DNA of 63,811 nucleotides, filler included, from Intoshia linei (lineage: Eukaryota > Animalia > Orthonectida): the NCBI GenBank assembly GCA_001642005.1. It is 4 parts of 4 records of this genome, joined end to end, with 100 filler letters (N's around TTAATTAATTAA, not from the genome) between each part and the next. Parts side by side here need not be neighbours in the genome. Positions count along the whole stretch, not along the records: positions 1 to 28,665 come from LWCA01000405.1; positions 28,766 to 57,657 come from LWCA01000397.1; 2 more parts are not named here. One strand, given 5' to 3'. The notes under the pieces are model-generated. The model searched no databases, was not told the DNA's origin, and was given only the letters and a program-made list of their open reading frames with translations. Within the stretch, counting starts at the first letter, position 1, and each line of letters starts with the position of its first letter. The translations under genes were made by a program, and so were the position numbers. Positions 25,001 to 47,306 of this stretch are shown here, in pieces.

Positions 25001-26841
25001 AGTGCAAGGGAGAAAAATGATTTTTAAATTGGAGTAAGAGAAAAAAACGAAGAGGGAAGGAATGACGATTTTTTTTAATGTTGCGGCCAGTGAAATTTTA
25101 AAATTTATTTTTTGGCTCTCGTTTATGTTATTGGACCACTCTGACTTTTATAAATCCATTTTAATTTAATAGTTCTGGGATTAAAAATATAGTTGGTCAG
25201 TTACAAGCAAAATATACAATCAGTACCGCTTCAAGTCTAACTGGGTTATCAAAATTTTGATTATCGCGGCTTATTGCCCTTTACCTCCTGAAAATGGGCT
25301 TAGAGATTTTTTTAAATCGGTTTTTCAATCCCCGTTGTCGGTTATAAAAATCCATTATCTGGTTTTGATAACACTACATATATGTAGTACAAGGCTATAA
25401 ATGTTTTTCACTAATTATAAAGTTATATCGCGTTAAGACAGTTGGTTTGAGTTTTAAATAATCAGCTGGGACAGCTTTAGTTGTATTATATTTTTAGTTT
25501 AATTAACCCTTACGAGACAATTTCATGTATAGATGCCGAAAACAAATTCATAAATTTATATTGGTTTGTATAGATGCCAAAAACTACAATCATAAATTTA
25601 TATTGGTTTGTATAGATGCAAAAAACTACAATTATAAATTTATATTGGTTTTTATAGATGCAAAAAACTACAATCATAAATTTATATTGGTTTGTATAGA
25701 TGCAAAAAACTACAATCATAAATTTATATTGGTTTGTATACAAACCAAAATAAGGCGGTACCAATATAAATTATAAACAAATTACTGCTTATACATGTAA
25801 TGAGCCTAAAAATTAATTTTATTATTAATGTTTATTTTATGTTAACAATAAAATAAATTATATTCTAATAAATTAAATATATTTTATTTCTAATAAATGT
25901 GAATTTTATTGCTAATTCTAAGCCAAATTTAAGTTGTTCACTTTACAAATCAATGACATTTGAAATTTCTGAATTTTGAGCTTTAAATTTTGGTATTTTT
26001 TGCTTTCAATTTTGAAAATCAGCATAGTCTCGTAAGAGTTAAAAATCGATTATTTAGCTAAATTTTACATTTTTAGGTCCATTAATTGCAAACAAATCAT
26101 ACTATATCACGGTGCAAGCTGTTAATGAATATTCTTTTGATGAATTTAAAATTGGGCCTATTAAAACTAAAGGTAAAGAATGAAATGAAATCTGTCTCCA
26201 ACACAAAGTTTTCTTTTTAATTTTATGTAAACACGTTATGTTTACATTGTGGAGTTGATATATGCATTTTATATTTATACTTTTTATCATTGTAATTTAC
26301 CTAGAACCCGTATTTCCCAAAGATAGGAAATTAACCATTGTATATGTATCTATGGCTGTTATAGCAATCGTGTTATTGTTGGTTATTTTCCTCTTTTTTT
26401 GGATTTACACGAGAAAGCGATATAACTGGTTTAATATGCCATCTAAAAGCGGAGTTACCCATAAATTAAGCCCAAAGAGCTCAAGTAGAAAAATATCCCT
26501 CAGTTACAAGAAAAAAAGGTTTATGTATTGTAAATTTTATAATTTATTCTATTTAGAATGCCCATAGATCTTAAAAAATTTAATATTCATACTAAACTAA
26601 TGTCAGCAGATTCCGATTTTTTATTTAGCGAAGAGTTTGAGGTATGTTGGAAAAAAATGTCTATTTTATTTTAGGATTTGGATCTCATTGGATGTGAAAT
26701 GGCTATTTCAGTTTCACAATTACCAGAAAACAGACACAAAAACAGATTTACCAACATTTTGCCTTATAATTCCACACGCGTTGTGCTTAAAACTATTGAT
26801 TCCAATCCTGGATCGGATTACATTAATGCAAATTGGATTCC
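22066..26841 (+). CDS. Receptor-type tyrosine phosphatase, R3 subfamily (PTP10D/PTPRB-like); 3' part of the catalytic domain missing
   Basis: Signal-peptide exon 22066-22128, then a 2.7-kb FN3 exon 22172-24872. Further motifs: CNGPL..YYITVQA, a TM helix ([24 protein letters not shown]), juxtamembrane [15 protein letters not shown], and the PTP start [30 protein letters not shown]. Confidence 0.9.
25507..26038. mobile_element. piggyBac-type MITE
   Basis: TTAA|CCCTTACGAGAC ... GTCTCGTAAGAG|TTAA inside the PTP intron. Confidence 0.82.
25526..25740. repeat. 42-bp tandem repeat x5 inside the piggyBac MITE
   Basis: Unit TGTATAGATGCAAAAAACTACAATCATAAATTTATATTGGTT. It explains the repetitive ORFs on both strands. 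Confidence 0.92.
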
Positions 26842-27130
26842 GGTATTTTTATAAATTATTCGGATTACGATATTTTTGTTACAAATTAAATGCATGTTGA
26901 TTAGTACTATTTTAGATATTTGAGTAGGTTGAAACAATAAATTTTATCCTAAAAGTAAAACACGACATTAAGATCAAGGTTACTTAAATATTTATACCGC
27001 GACCTAACGATTTGACAATAAAAAACCTAAATTGAAATAAAAATGTTTGAGATCAGTTATTCTACATTGTAATTACATTGTATTATACGTCTAGAGTAGA
27101 TTAATTAAACTAAATTAATTTATTATTATA

Positions 27131-27715
27131 CTAGGTTGACTGTTATGTAGTACGTACAAACAGCACCTAGCTCTGCCGGGGTCGGAAATTTTTTAGCGTA
27201 CATAGATGGCGTCACTTTATCAGATTGAAATTTTGTGTGTGTGTTAACTGGATATAACTATAATCTGTAATATTTTTAAAATTCTAGGGCTGTTTTTATT
27301 TTAAAAAAAGATAATCTGGGCTTTTACAGTTAAAATTATATATTTTGAGGTGCCCATTTATGATAATGCATATGAATTTAAAAACCATCCAAGAATTTAT
27401 ATTGTATACAATTCTAGGACTTTCTTAATTTTTACAAAAAAGGGTAATTTTGAGTTTTGGCCGTTAAGATATAAGATTTTGAAATTGAAAATTATTATAA
27501 TATTGTTGAAGTTAAAACTTTTTATTCGAATGTGTATTTTTTATAATTCTAGGACGGATTTGAATTTAAAAAAAGGACAATTGGGGTTTTTAACTTTGAA
27601 GGACTCAATTTCTGAAAAAGAAATTTGCGGTTAAACATGGAATTTTAACACTCTTACTTTATTAATTTAGCTGGAACAAACAGACATACATTTTTAACCA
27701 TTTTACTTTATATAA
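27131..27715 (-). mobile_element. Helitron-family copy
   Basis: a|CTAG-GTTGACTGTTATGTAGTACGTACAAACAGCACCTAGCTCTGCC is the reverse-complemented 3' end; internal subrepeats are present. Confidence 0.7.
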
Positions 27716-28149
27716 CACTAGACAACACTGAAAAATACATCTGCATAAAAATAATATCATCTTGTGGATAATCTAACGCTGATTTGAATGATATAATACA
27801 TTTATAAGTTTTAGTTCATATAACCCATTTATTAACACTTTTAATGTTAAAAAAAATAACAAAATTTCACTTCAATTCTAAAATTGACTAATTATATCAT
27901 TCAAAATAATGTTTACTTTAAAAAAGATGAAGTTTTTTAAGTTTGAATATTTATTTATTAATTTAAAATGCATGTCTATGAAATAAACGAAACATATTAT
28001 TGCTTTTGATGTGGTATATATTTGCCAAACACTAAAAAATGTTACTCTATAACTGATAAATGTAAAAATTTGATAATGCAAATATACAGTTTAATATACG
28101 AGAATCAACTTTGAAATCCCTCAAATCTATATCAAACGTGAAATTCGTC

Positions 28150-28505
28150 AATAATGAGATTTAAAAAGAGATTTGTGACACATAGAATATGGAAACATTC
28201 AGAAAGTGCGAATGACTGCTATTTCTGTATACTGGAAAGAAGAAAACAAACAAATAAATTAAGCCTTTACTCTTATTCGGCCACTAAAACTTTACCAATT
28301 CCAATGGAAGTATATAATTTAGTTTCATCATCCCAGCCATTATCATCTCAAGAAACAGTTGTTTCAATGTATACTGAGAAATGTCCAAATCAACCAATTA
28401 TTATTACAGAAAAAAAAATAAATTTATTAATATATTTTTTTTAAATATCAATAGCTAAAAATATCGAACTAAATTTTTTCCGTAAATCTGGATTTAGACA
28501 CTAGT
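28150..28505 (+). mobile_element. DNA-transposon relic, possibly Chapaev3/CMC type
   Basis: The ORF contains IWKHSESANDCYFC, recalling the W(R)E..H..DCYFC motif of Chapaev3-like transposases. It ends near GATTTAGACACTAGT. Confidence 0.4.
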
Positions 28506-28665
28506 ATGTATTGTTAAAATGTTCACTATAGCTCATATCAGATGTTCATCGTGTTAAACTGCCTGTCGTCAGTTAAATTTTTGTACACCTTTAATTTATT
28601 TAATATTCGAATCTTTTTAATTTAAATGTGATCATGTAATTATCCGCTATCAATTCTATATATAT

Positions 28666-28765
28666 NNNNNNNNNNNNNNNNNNNNNNNNNNNNNNNNNNN
28701 NNNNNNNNNTTAATTAATTAANNNNNNNNNNNNNNNNNNNNNNNNNNNNNNNNNNNNNNNNNNNN
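28666..28765. other. Assembly gap (100 nt) with artificial TTAATTAATTAA linker
   Basis: N-run, TTAATTAATTAA, N-run. Confidence 0.97.
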
Positions 28766-29838
28766 GTTATTTAATTATATATCATTAATATAAAAATATC
28801 AAATTATTATAATTATATGACCAATACTGTATATTTCGTAAATAATGACGATAGAAAAAAGAAGTTATATACATTAAAAATTTTAAAATATTTTTCATTC
28901 ATGTTTAAAAAGCTGTATATCTATAAATGTAACATTGCATTAAAAGATTTGATATCACTTGGAGTATATAAGCCCCAAAGAAAATTCCATCTGAGAAATA
29001 TTTTTTAATTTACCCCATTAGGGTTGGTGTATTTTAATTTTTTCCAAATAACTGATTACAATAATATTAAATTCGAATTTGTTTGATACAAAAATATTTA
29101 TCGGTTGATAATTTTTTGATTTAAAAATTTACATGGCACTTTTTCTGGAATTTTTAGAAAAAATTTTTAAAGAAGCTGAATACTGTACTCAGTACAGTAC
29201 AGTGTACAGTATCTGAAAAAATCTTATAAAAAAAATCAAAATACCTGATACCACCCACTTTAGTCGTGGGCACTAGAGATTCCGTGAGCTATAAAATCAC
29301 GAAATCTACTAATTTTTAATAACCACTATTAAATCGATTAACTGCTTTAGATTATATATCAAAGTCAATCAAATAAAGGTACAATAATAATTTTATATAG
29401 TATAAATAGTAAGTAATAGTGTATAATGATTTATTATTATTAACATGTAAAATTATTATAAAGTCTCATTAGTATATACAGGTATGAATGTAAATTTTAA
29501 TTTCAAAATATGCAAATTGTAGTAACATATATGTACCTAGATTTTTGAAGTTGAAATATCATTACATTACATTTTGCTTGTTAGAGGTAAAATTATGATA
29601 AACAAAAAATAGGCCAATCTTGCAGACAACTTAAGAATCGATAATTTGTTTTGAAACAACCATAATATGAATCTTTGTGCATAATCAAGAAATGTTAAAT
29701 TAAATTAATTATTTCAACTAAATACTATCAAGCTTTAAAAAAGTTCAATCGTGTTATGTATTTTCATGTGTCAGTCTATTTATTTTAATAATTTGTCAAA
29801 TATTTTTTAAATATTTTTATATCCAACAATTTCGAACA

Positions 29839-40638
<10,800 letters not shown>

Positions 40639-41641
40639 TGTTAAATAAATAATATACTCTAACTCACAGGTTGGGACACTGCGGCCTTCTGAACAATTTT
40701 AATTTTAATTTTAATTATTTTTCATTTAAAATTATTTTATTTCTTACAAAATTATATATTATTTTTATAATATTAATTTTAGGTAATTTGGGATTTTTCA
40801 GAAAAATATTGATAAAAGCGGTTTTTTCTTTTGGGATTAGACAGAAGAATTTTTAATCTAAAACTTTGGTAAAATGGGATTTTTTTCTCTTAAGGGTTTG
40901 TAAAATTTTGGTTTTTTCTCATATAATTTTACTAAATTTAATAAACTATGCTAAAAATTTATCATTCAGCCCAATCATCTAAAATTTTCGTATTCACCCC
41001 CTAATATAATTATTCATCCCTTGGAGTGAGCAGTGACCCCCATACGAAGCATTGTTATATTTGATTAAATTATATTTAGAAAAGTGTAGCCTTAAATTTT
41101 TTTGGGACCTTAGTGCTGCCTTCGAACAGTAAATGTTTCTCCACTTCTGCTCTAACTTAAGTTATAATATTTGATAAATACTGCATTTTTTATTATTACA
41201 GTACTCAAAGGCTTTTCAAAAATTTTGATAATTGTGTTCATAAATGGTGTGCTCCAATAATAAACCAAAGATTATAAAAACTATGGAGATTTTAAACTTC
41301 TCAAACCTTGACGACACAAGCACCCAGGTTGATCAGCGCTGACTTAGGTTGAATGAAATATTAATGGCTAAATTTAACATTTTCATTGAATATAAGCTGA
41401 GTCTATTCTATTTATACAGTTGTATCTGTTAAAATTGTAAAGTTACTAAAATAAATTGTAATTATTTAAATTTTAGCTAATATTTAAAGATTAAGTATGG
41501 ATTTGAGAAAACAAACATTCTGAGTATTGAGTTGTAAAAATTTTTCAAACGCATATTAAATCATGATGTAATTTTTCCAATTCCAATATTTGAATATAAA
41601 TTACTACGACTACGAATATTTGATGGGTGTTAAATTTGAAA

Positions 41642-44600
41642 ATGATTGAAACAGGAGAAGAAAATTTATTAAGTATTGATGATATCGAAAGTAATCCTAT
41701 AGAAAACGAAAAGGATGACATAAAAAGAATAATAAATACTACAAAATTGCAGACTGGTGCTAAATGGTAATGTATTTTAAATTACGTTCACTATCAATTT
41801 TTTGATATACAATTTCCACAGGTATATAATTTACAAACAATGGTTAGATGCTTGGAAGGGACATGTGAATTATTGTGAAAATTGTGAAGAAATTGAAGAT
41901 ATTGATATGCCCTCTCCCATTTGTAACTCAAATTTGTTAAATGAAGGTAAAAACTAAAAATTTTTAAAATATATTTTTAGACAAGACACTTAAACAAGAT
42001 ATTGGAGAAACGATAGAATTTGAATTTATCCCGGCAAAGGCATGGAATTTTTTTTTAGAAAAATATGGTCTTGATTGTGTCGATAAAGTAACATTGATAT
42101 TTTTAATGCATGTAGTTATTTTTCCCAGTTATGGTTAAAACCCTCAAGTATTTTTTACCAACTTACATACCTTAGGTATTTAGTGGTTTTATAAATGTAA
42201 TAATTGTTTTCAGACTTTTACCAACTAAAATTTAAATTATTCCAAAAATTGAAAACATTTTTGAATTCAAACCTTTTATACGTTGAAAAATAATACCCTC
42301 AAAACCCTCTTAATGTTGGTTATAGAAATGGCTGGGAAAACTAACCTTCTCAATTGAAATCTATATTATTATTAATGTTTTTATATTACATTTAGAATAT
42401 ATTTGAAAGACGTGTAGTTTGGTACAAAGATACAGATGAAACACTTATTGAAATGAGTAAATTAAATTTAAAAATTTTGATATTCAATTCTCAGCTTTTT
42501 CCAAAAATTGACGCCAAAATGATTGAAATTGATGGCAAAAAACATTTCGAAATAGAAATGTCTTTATTCCCGAGTTGTACTGTTAATCATTTTAAAAGTT
42601 TGATTGAATCACGTGTACCTTCCTGTAATCAAAAGAAACTTGAACTAAAATGTGAAAATTTAAATCATACTATGAAAAAATTCAATATATTTAAATCTGA
42701 AAATGTCCATGACCAAATGCATAAATATATGTACCTTTCAAACGCTGTAGCAAATCTTTTTTTATTTTTAATTATATTTAGGAGTTGGAATTGGATATTT
42801 TTAAAGAATCTGAGGATATAGTTTTTAAAGAATTTGATAAAAAGTTTTTTTACTACAATATATTAGATTTATTTATTTTTAGTTACACACAATGTATAAA
42901 TGGTAAATGTGGTTTATCGAATATTGGCAACACATGCTATATGAATGCTGCATTGCAGGTACATTTTTTTTATTTTAAAATAAAATTTAATATCAATTTT
43001 TCAATTTCTGAGAAATTTTGAAAAAAAAATCTGAAAATCTGGCTCATAAAAATATTATTTCTTTAAAAAAATGTTACAAGTAGATTTTATGTCATCAAAT
43101 TGTTAGCAAATTTTAGTTCAGCCCGCCAATACCCGCCCATCAATATTATCAATTGTGTTATACGTTATTACCCGGTCTAAACGAACTCCGGTTCACTTCA
43201 TAAGAGATGACTCTCATTGGATCTCCAAAATATTTACTTAAGTTATGTCTAAGGAATGTTGGATTAATAGGCCTTAATTCTAAATATCAATTTAATTTGA
43301 TTTTTCAAGTTTTATAGTTATTTTTTGAATTTTTTATTTTAAAAAGTTTATTTTAAATATCATTAAAACCACTTTTAACGTATATTGAATCACTACATTT
43401 TCATTTATAGTGTGTTAGCAAAATCAAACCTTTAGTTAATTACTTTACAAAAGAGAATTGGAGAAGACATTTAAATTTCTCTGCCAAAGATGGCACTAGA
43501 ACAGAGTTGGCTCATGCTTTTGGAGAGTTTATTAATGCATTTTGGGTAGATAGTAATGCAGTATTTACACCATCCAAAATAAAGGTAATATTTTACTTAT
43601 ATAAAATTGAATGTCTGTGTGTGTGTTACCGTATATTTAGAAAATTGACAGTCAAACCCAGGGTTTGTTTATATCTATTTTTCAGTTTCAGAATTTGAGT
43701 CTTTCATAGTCAAAAACCCAATTTGCACCGTTTAAAAATAAAATCATCCCAAACTATTTTGGGTAACTAATATTTTTTAAATACATACTTAAATATGTTG
43801 AATTTAATAAAACTATAAAAATTTCAATTATAAAATTATCTTTAAAAAAAAGGGTAAATTTACCCTAAGCATAGGTTTTTTAAGTACCGTATATTTTATA
43901 TACCGTATAGTATATTTTTTTTAAATTAAGTTTTATTAATTAACAAATACAGAAATAATTACATAGAGACAAGATTTGAAATCCACCATAAAGAATAATC
44001 AATGATTATTAATCATACCGCATGGTATACATTTTTTCAACTTTAACTGACAACTTGGTTGATAATTATTAACCAATATTTTTCAAATGTTTGGATTAAA
44101 ATTAAAAATGAGAAAGTAAATATTCATCCAACAATTTAAAAAAAAGTGCATAGAACGTTTACACATTTCCAATAAAGGGATATAGGTGGAAATCTCATAA
44201 ATTGATTTGTTCGGTTTTTTTATTGCTATGCAATTTTTCTTATTGAATTTATTTTTTGGTAAAATTAAAAACATTCGCCCTCAGAAGAGGTAGATGCTGT
44301 TTGTACGTAGTACATAACAGTCAACTAGTTTTAAATAAAGTAATATACATATGAGAGTTGTGCAACACGGTTTGAAATACGAGCTGTAAAAATTACATAC
44401 ACATAAACATATTTAATGTATATGTTCTTATACACGGTTAAGAAATGAACCTACCACATAATATCTTCTATTTTATTTTTACAGAAAATTGTTTCAAAAT
44501 TCGATATCACCTTTAGAGGATTTGGTCAAAATGATTCTCAAGAATTTTTACTTTCTCTTCTTTCCTTTTTACATGAAGATTTAAACAAAGCTCAAAAAAC

Positions 44601-47263
44601 ACCTTATGATGATATCGATAATGATTTGGATGAAGAGGTATTTATATACTATCTTTTGATATACAGTCACATTGGTTTCATGTTAATTGAATTTTAAAAT
44701 AGCTATTAATTTGATTAACAAATTAGTTACCACTATGTGCAGTATCTAGTACCTAGTGTATGTACCTAGTGCAGTTTTTCCCAACCTTTTTTGAAGAATC
44801 AAAAACTTTTACCTGAGCTTTGAAAAAAATGAAAATAATCATCCCATTTATTTTTTTGTTCATCTATATCATAAATCAAAATTACATAAAGGGGGTGCGA
44901 TATCGCCCGTTGGGAATCACTGTTTTAATGTATTTTGATTCATTAATTAAATTATAGGAAATTGCAAGACTTTCATATGAAAATTATAAAGAACGCAATG
45001 ATTCTATTATTACAGATTTATTTTACGGTCAATTACGTACACAAGTGACTTGTAACGTTTGTGGATGGAAATCTATTACATTTGATATGTTTTCTTCTCT
45101 ATCTGTTCCAATTCCAAACTACAAAACCATAACTGCCATGTACAGTTCTTTTAAAGCAATTGAATCAAAAAGGGTTTGATAGTTTTTTAAAATGTTATTT
45201 TCTTTTTTAGATTACACTAAATATAAATAGTGATGATTATGTTTATAATATAAAGGAAAAGGTGGCTGTACAAATGAAAACAAAACCAGAAAATGTATAT
45301 TTATTCATTTTAATAATTAATAAATCTTTATTTAGTTGGAAATTTACAATAAAACACCTAGAATAAAAATGTATGGAAATTGTGATAAAATCAATTTTGA
45401 GAATCCGGTTGGAATATGCATTTACATGTATTTTCCTCGTCTAATTTTTATTTATGCAGTTTATAGATATGAAAAAAAAAGTGATTATTCTACAATTATC
45501 CTCAAAGTTTTATATAATGATGAGTAATAATAATGTATAGGAAATAACTGAAGCTCAACTTTAGAAATGAAAATGAATCTTTTCTAGTTCCAGAGTGTAT
45601 ATTTTCGATTGAAAAGGGAATATACACTGTTGATTCCATCTTTGAGAGTATTTTGTCTTCTGTGTAATAATTTGCTATAAAAAATATGAATTTTATGAAA
45701 TATAATATATTTTTTTTTAAAGTATTTAATAATGTTCAAATATATCAAATAGTTTATAACCACGATTTCAAAATATTTATTTTAATTGGACCCCAAAGGA
45801 AACATTAATATAAAACATTTATGACAAATTAAAAGTTTTTTTTCATAAGATTTGGTAAAATCGTGGTTTTCAAAAAAATATTGGAAAAACTGGATTTTTT
45901 TAAAAATTGATTTTTCTATGAAAGTTTGAAATTGTATTAATGGTGGGATATTTTAAATAATAATGTAGCGGTCGTCCAGGCTTTGTGATAAATTTCATGC
46001 ATCCGGCAACTCTGTAATAAATATTAAAGTAAACAAAAGTTTAATAAATTTTTTTATATTTTATTTGAATCTCATGGACCCCAGGCTTTAGTTTTGGAGT
46101 ACCAAGGGGTGCAGGGACCCCAATCGGGAACCACTGATTTAATATCTTTAGATTTTTTCTCTGTAAATTTGTAATAAATAACATAAATGATGATAAAGAT
46201 GATAATGACACATCTTTAAATAAAAAATTATTTATAAAGATGAAAAATATTTGAATTTTTAAGTTTTAAATTGCTTCTATTTCATTATAATTGATAATTA
46301 TCATTTTTAGATCAATTGTTAAACGCTTTTTCGATTTAAATGGTACTTTAGTATGGAAAAAAATAATTAATTTAAGATACTCAAAAACCTATATATAATA
46401 ATAAAATTTGCCGCCTTTCGTTTTCGGAACCACCAAATACCGAGCTGGATGAATCAAGAAATTATATTGAATGTATATTTAAAACATTTGATAATTATAT
46501 CATTTTTAGCTAATTACGTATTACTAAATTTATATTGCAATGAAACTTTTGTTGCATTGTACAAAGAATTGGATATCGATTTAGATTTGGATTCCGAAAA
46601 GGAGGTTTTATCAGCAAATTAAAAAAGTTTACATTTTAGTTATTTAAAAATTCAAAATGCCATAAAGATTTAAACATTGATGATTGCTTTAAATTGTATA
46701 ATCAAACCCAGTGCCTACAAGGAAAAAATGCTTGGTATTTTAAAATTTAACTATATTCAAATGACCTTACAGGAAGTGTGAACGGTGCAAAAAATCTGTA
46801 GATGCATTTATAAATTATTCTATAAAAAAACTACCAAAAATATTAATTATACAACTGAAACGTTTCAGAATGACTCGACATTATCGACGTAAAATTGATA
46901 CAAAAATAAATTTTCCATTACGGTAATGAATGAGTAATTTTAACTGACTGCGTTTGATTCTATTTAGTAATTTAAACATGACTCCATACATGAACAACAA
47001 AATTGATGCACCAAAGTATAATTTAATTTCGATTGTCAACCATATGGGTGGGTTAACTTCGGGGCACTGTAAGTACATTTTATATATTTACAATTAAATT
47101 AGATACGGCCTACGCAAAAATCGATAAAAATTGGTTTTACTTTAACGATAGTTCCGTGAGTGAATGTTCCGAATCAAACATTCGTGTAATGTTTGTTTAT
47201 ATTTGTATTTTATTTATTTAGAAATCAATGGCATATGTTTTTATTTACGAAAGGGTAGATTAG
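41642..47263 (+). CDS. USP15: Ubiquitin carboxyl-terminal hydrolase of the USP4/11/15 family (DUSP + USP domain)
   Basis: DUSP (GAKWYIIYKQWLDAWK..PICNS..IPAKAW), Cys box GLSNIGNTCYMNAALQC, GQNDSQEFL, SIITDLFYGQ, CNVC and WKCERC zinc knuckles, LIIQLKRF, His box NHMGGLTSGHYTAYAK, and WFYFNDSSV. Confidence 0.88.
43590..44328 (+). mobile_element. Helitron-family copy (composite)
   Basis: TTACTTATATAA..AATGTCTGTGTGTGTTACC 5' motif; ends TGTACGTAGTACATAACAGTCAACTAG|t. Confidence 0.7.
45740..46137 (-). mobile_element. hAT-like MITE family with CAGTGGTTCCCGATTGGGGTCC terminus
   Basis: The same terminus and body appear at 56233+ and 39361+, with related ends at ~48618-48628 and ~14686-14696. Confidence 0.55.
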
Positions 47264-47306
47264 CATTTTAATTAAATAAAAGTTGAACAAAATGTACAAG
47301 TTAAAA

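Noticed and set aside
25510-25776. Repetitive ORFs on both strands and a CRISPR-like periodic array
   Set aside because: These are head-to-tail 42-bp units with no unique spacers, inside a TTAA-flanked MITE in a eukaryotic intron.
27350-27634. ORFs in Helitron copies (also 13042-13245, 44083-44274, 61598-61798)
   Set aside because: They are AT-rich repeat translations with no Rep or helicase motifs.
28710-28722. TTAATTAATTAA palindrome repeated three times in the window
   Set aside because: It is always centred in a 100-nt N gap, so it is an assembly linker that places stops in all six frames.
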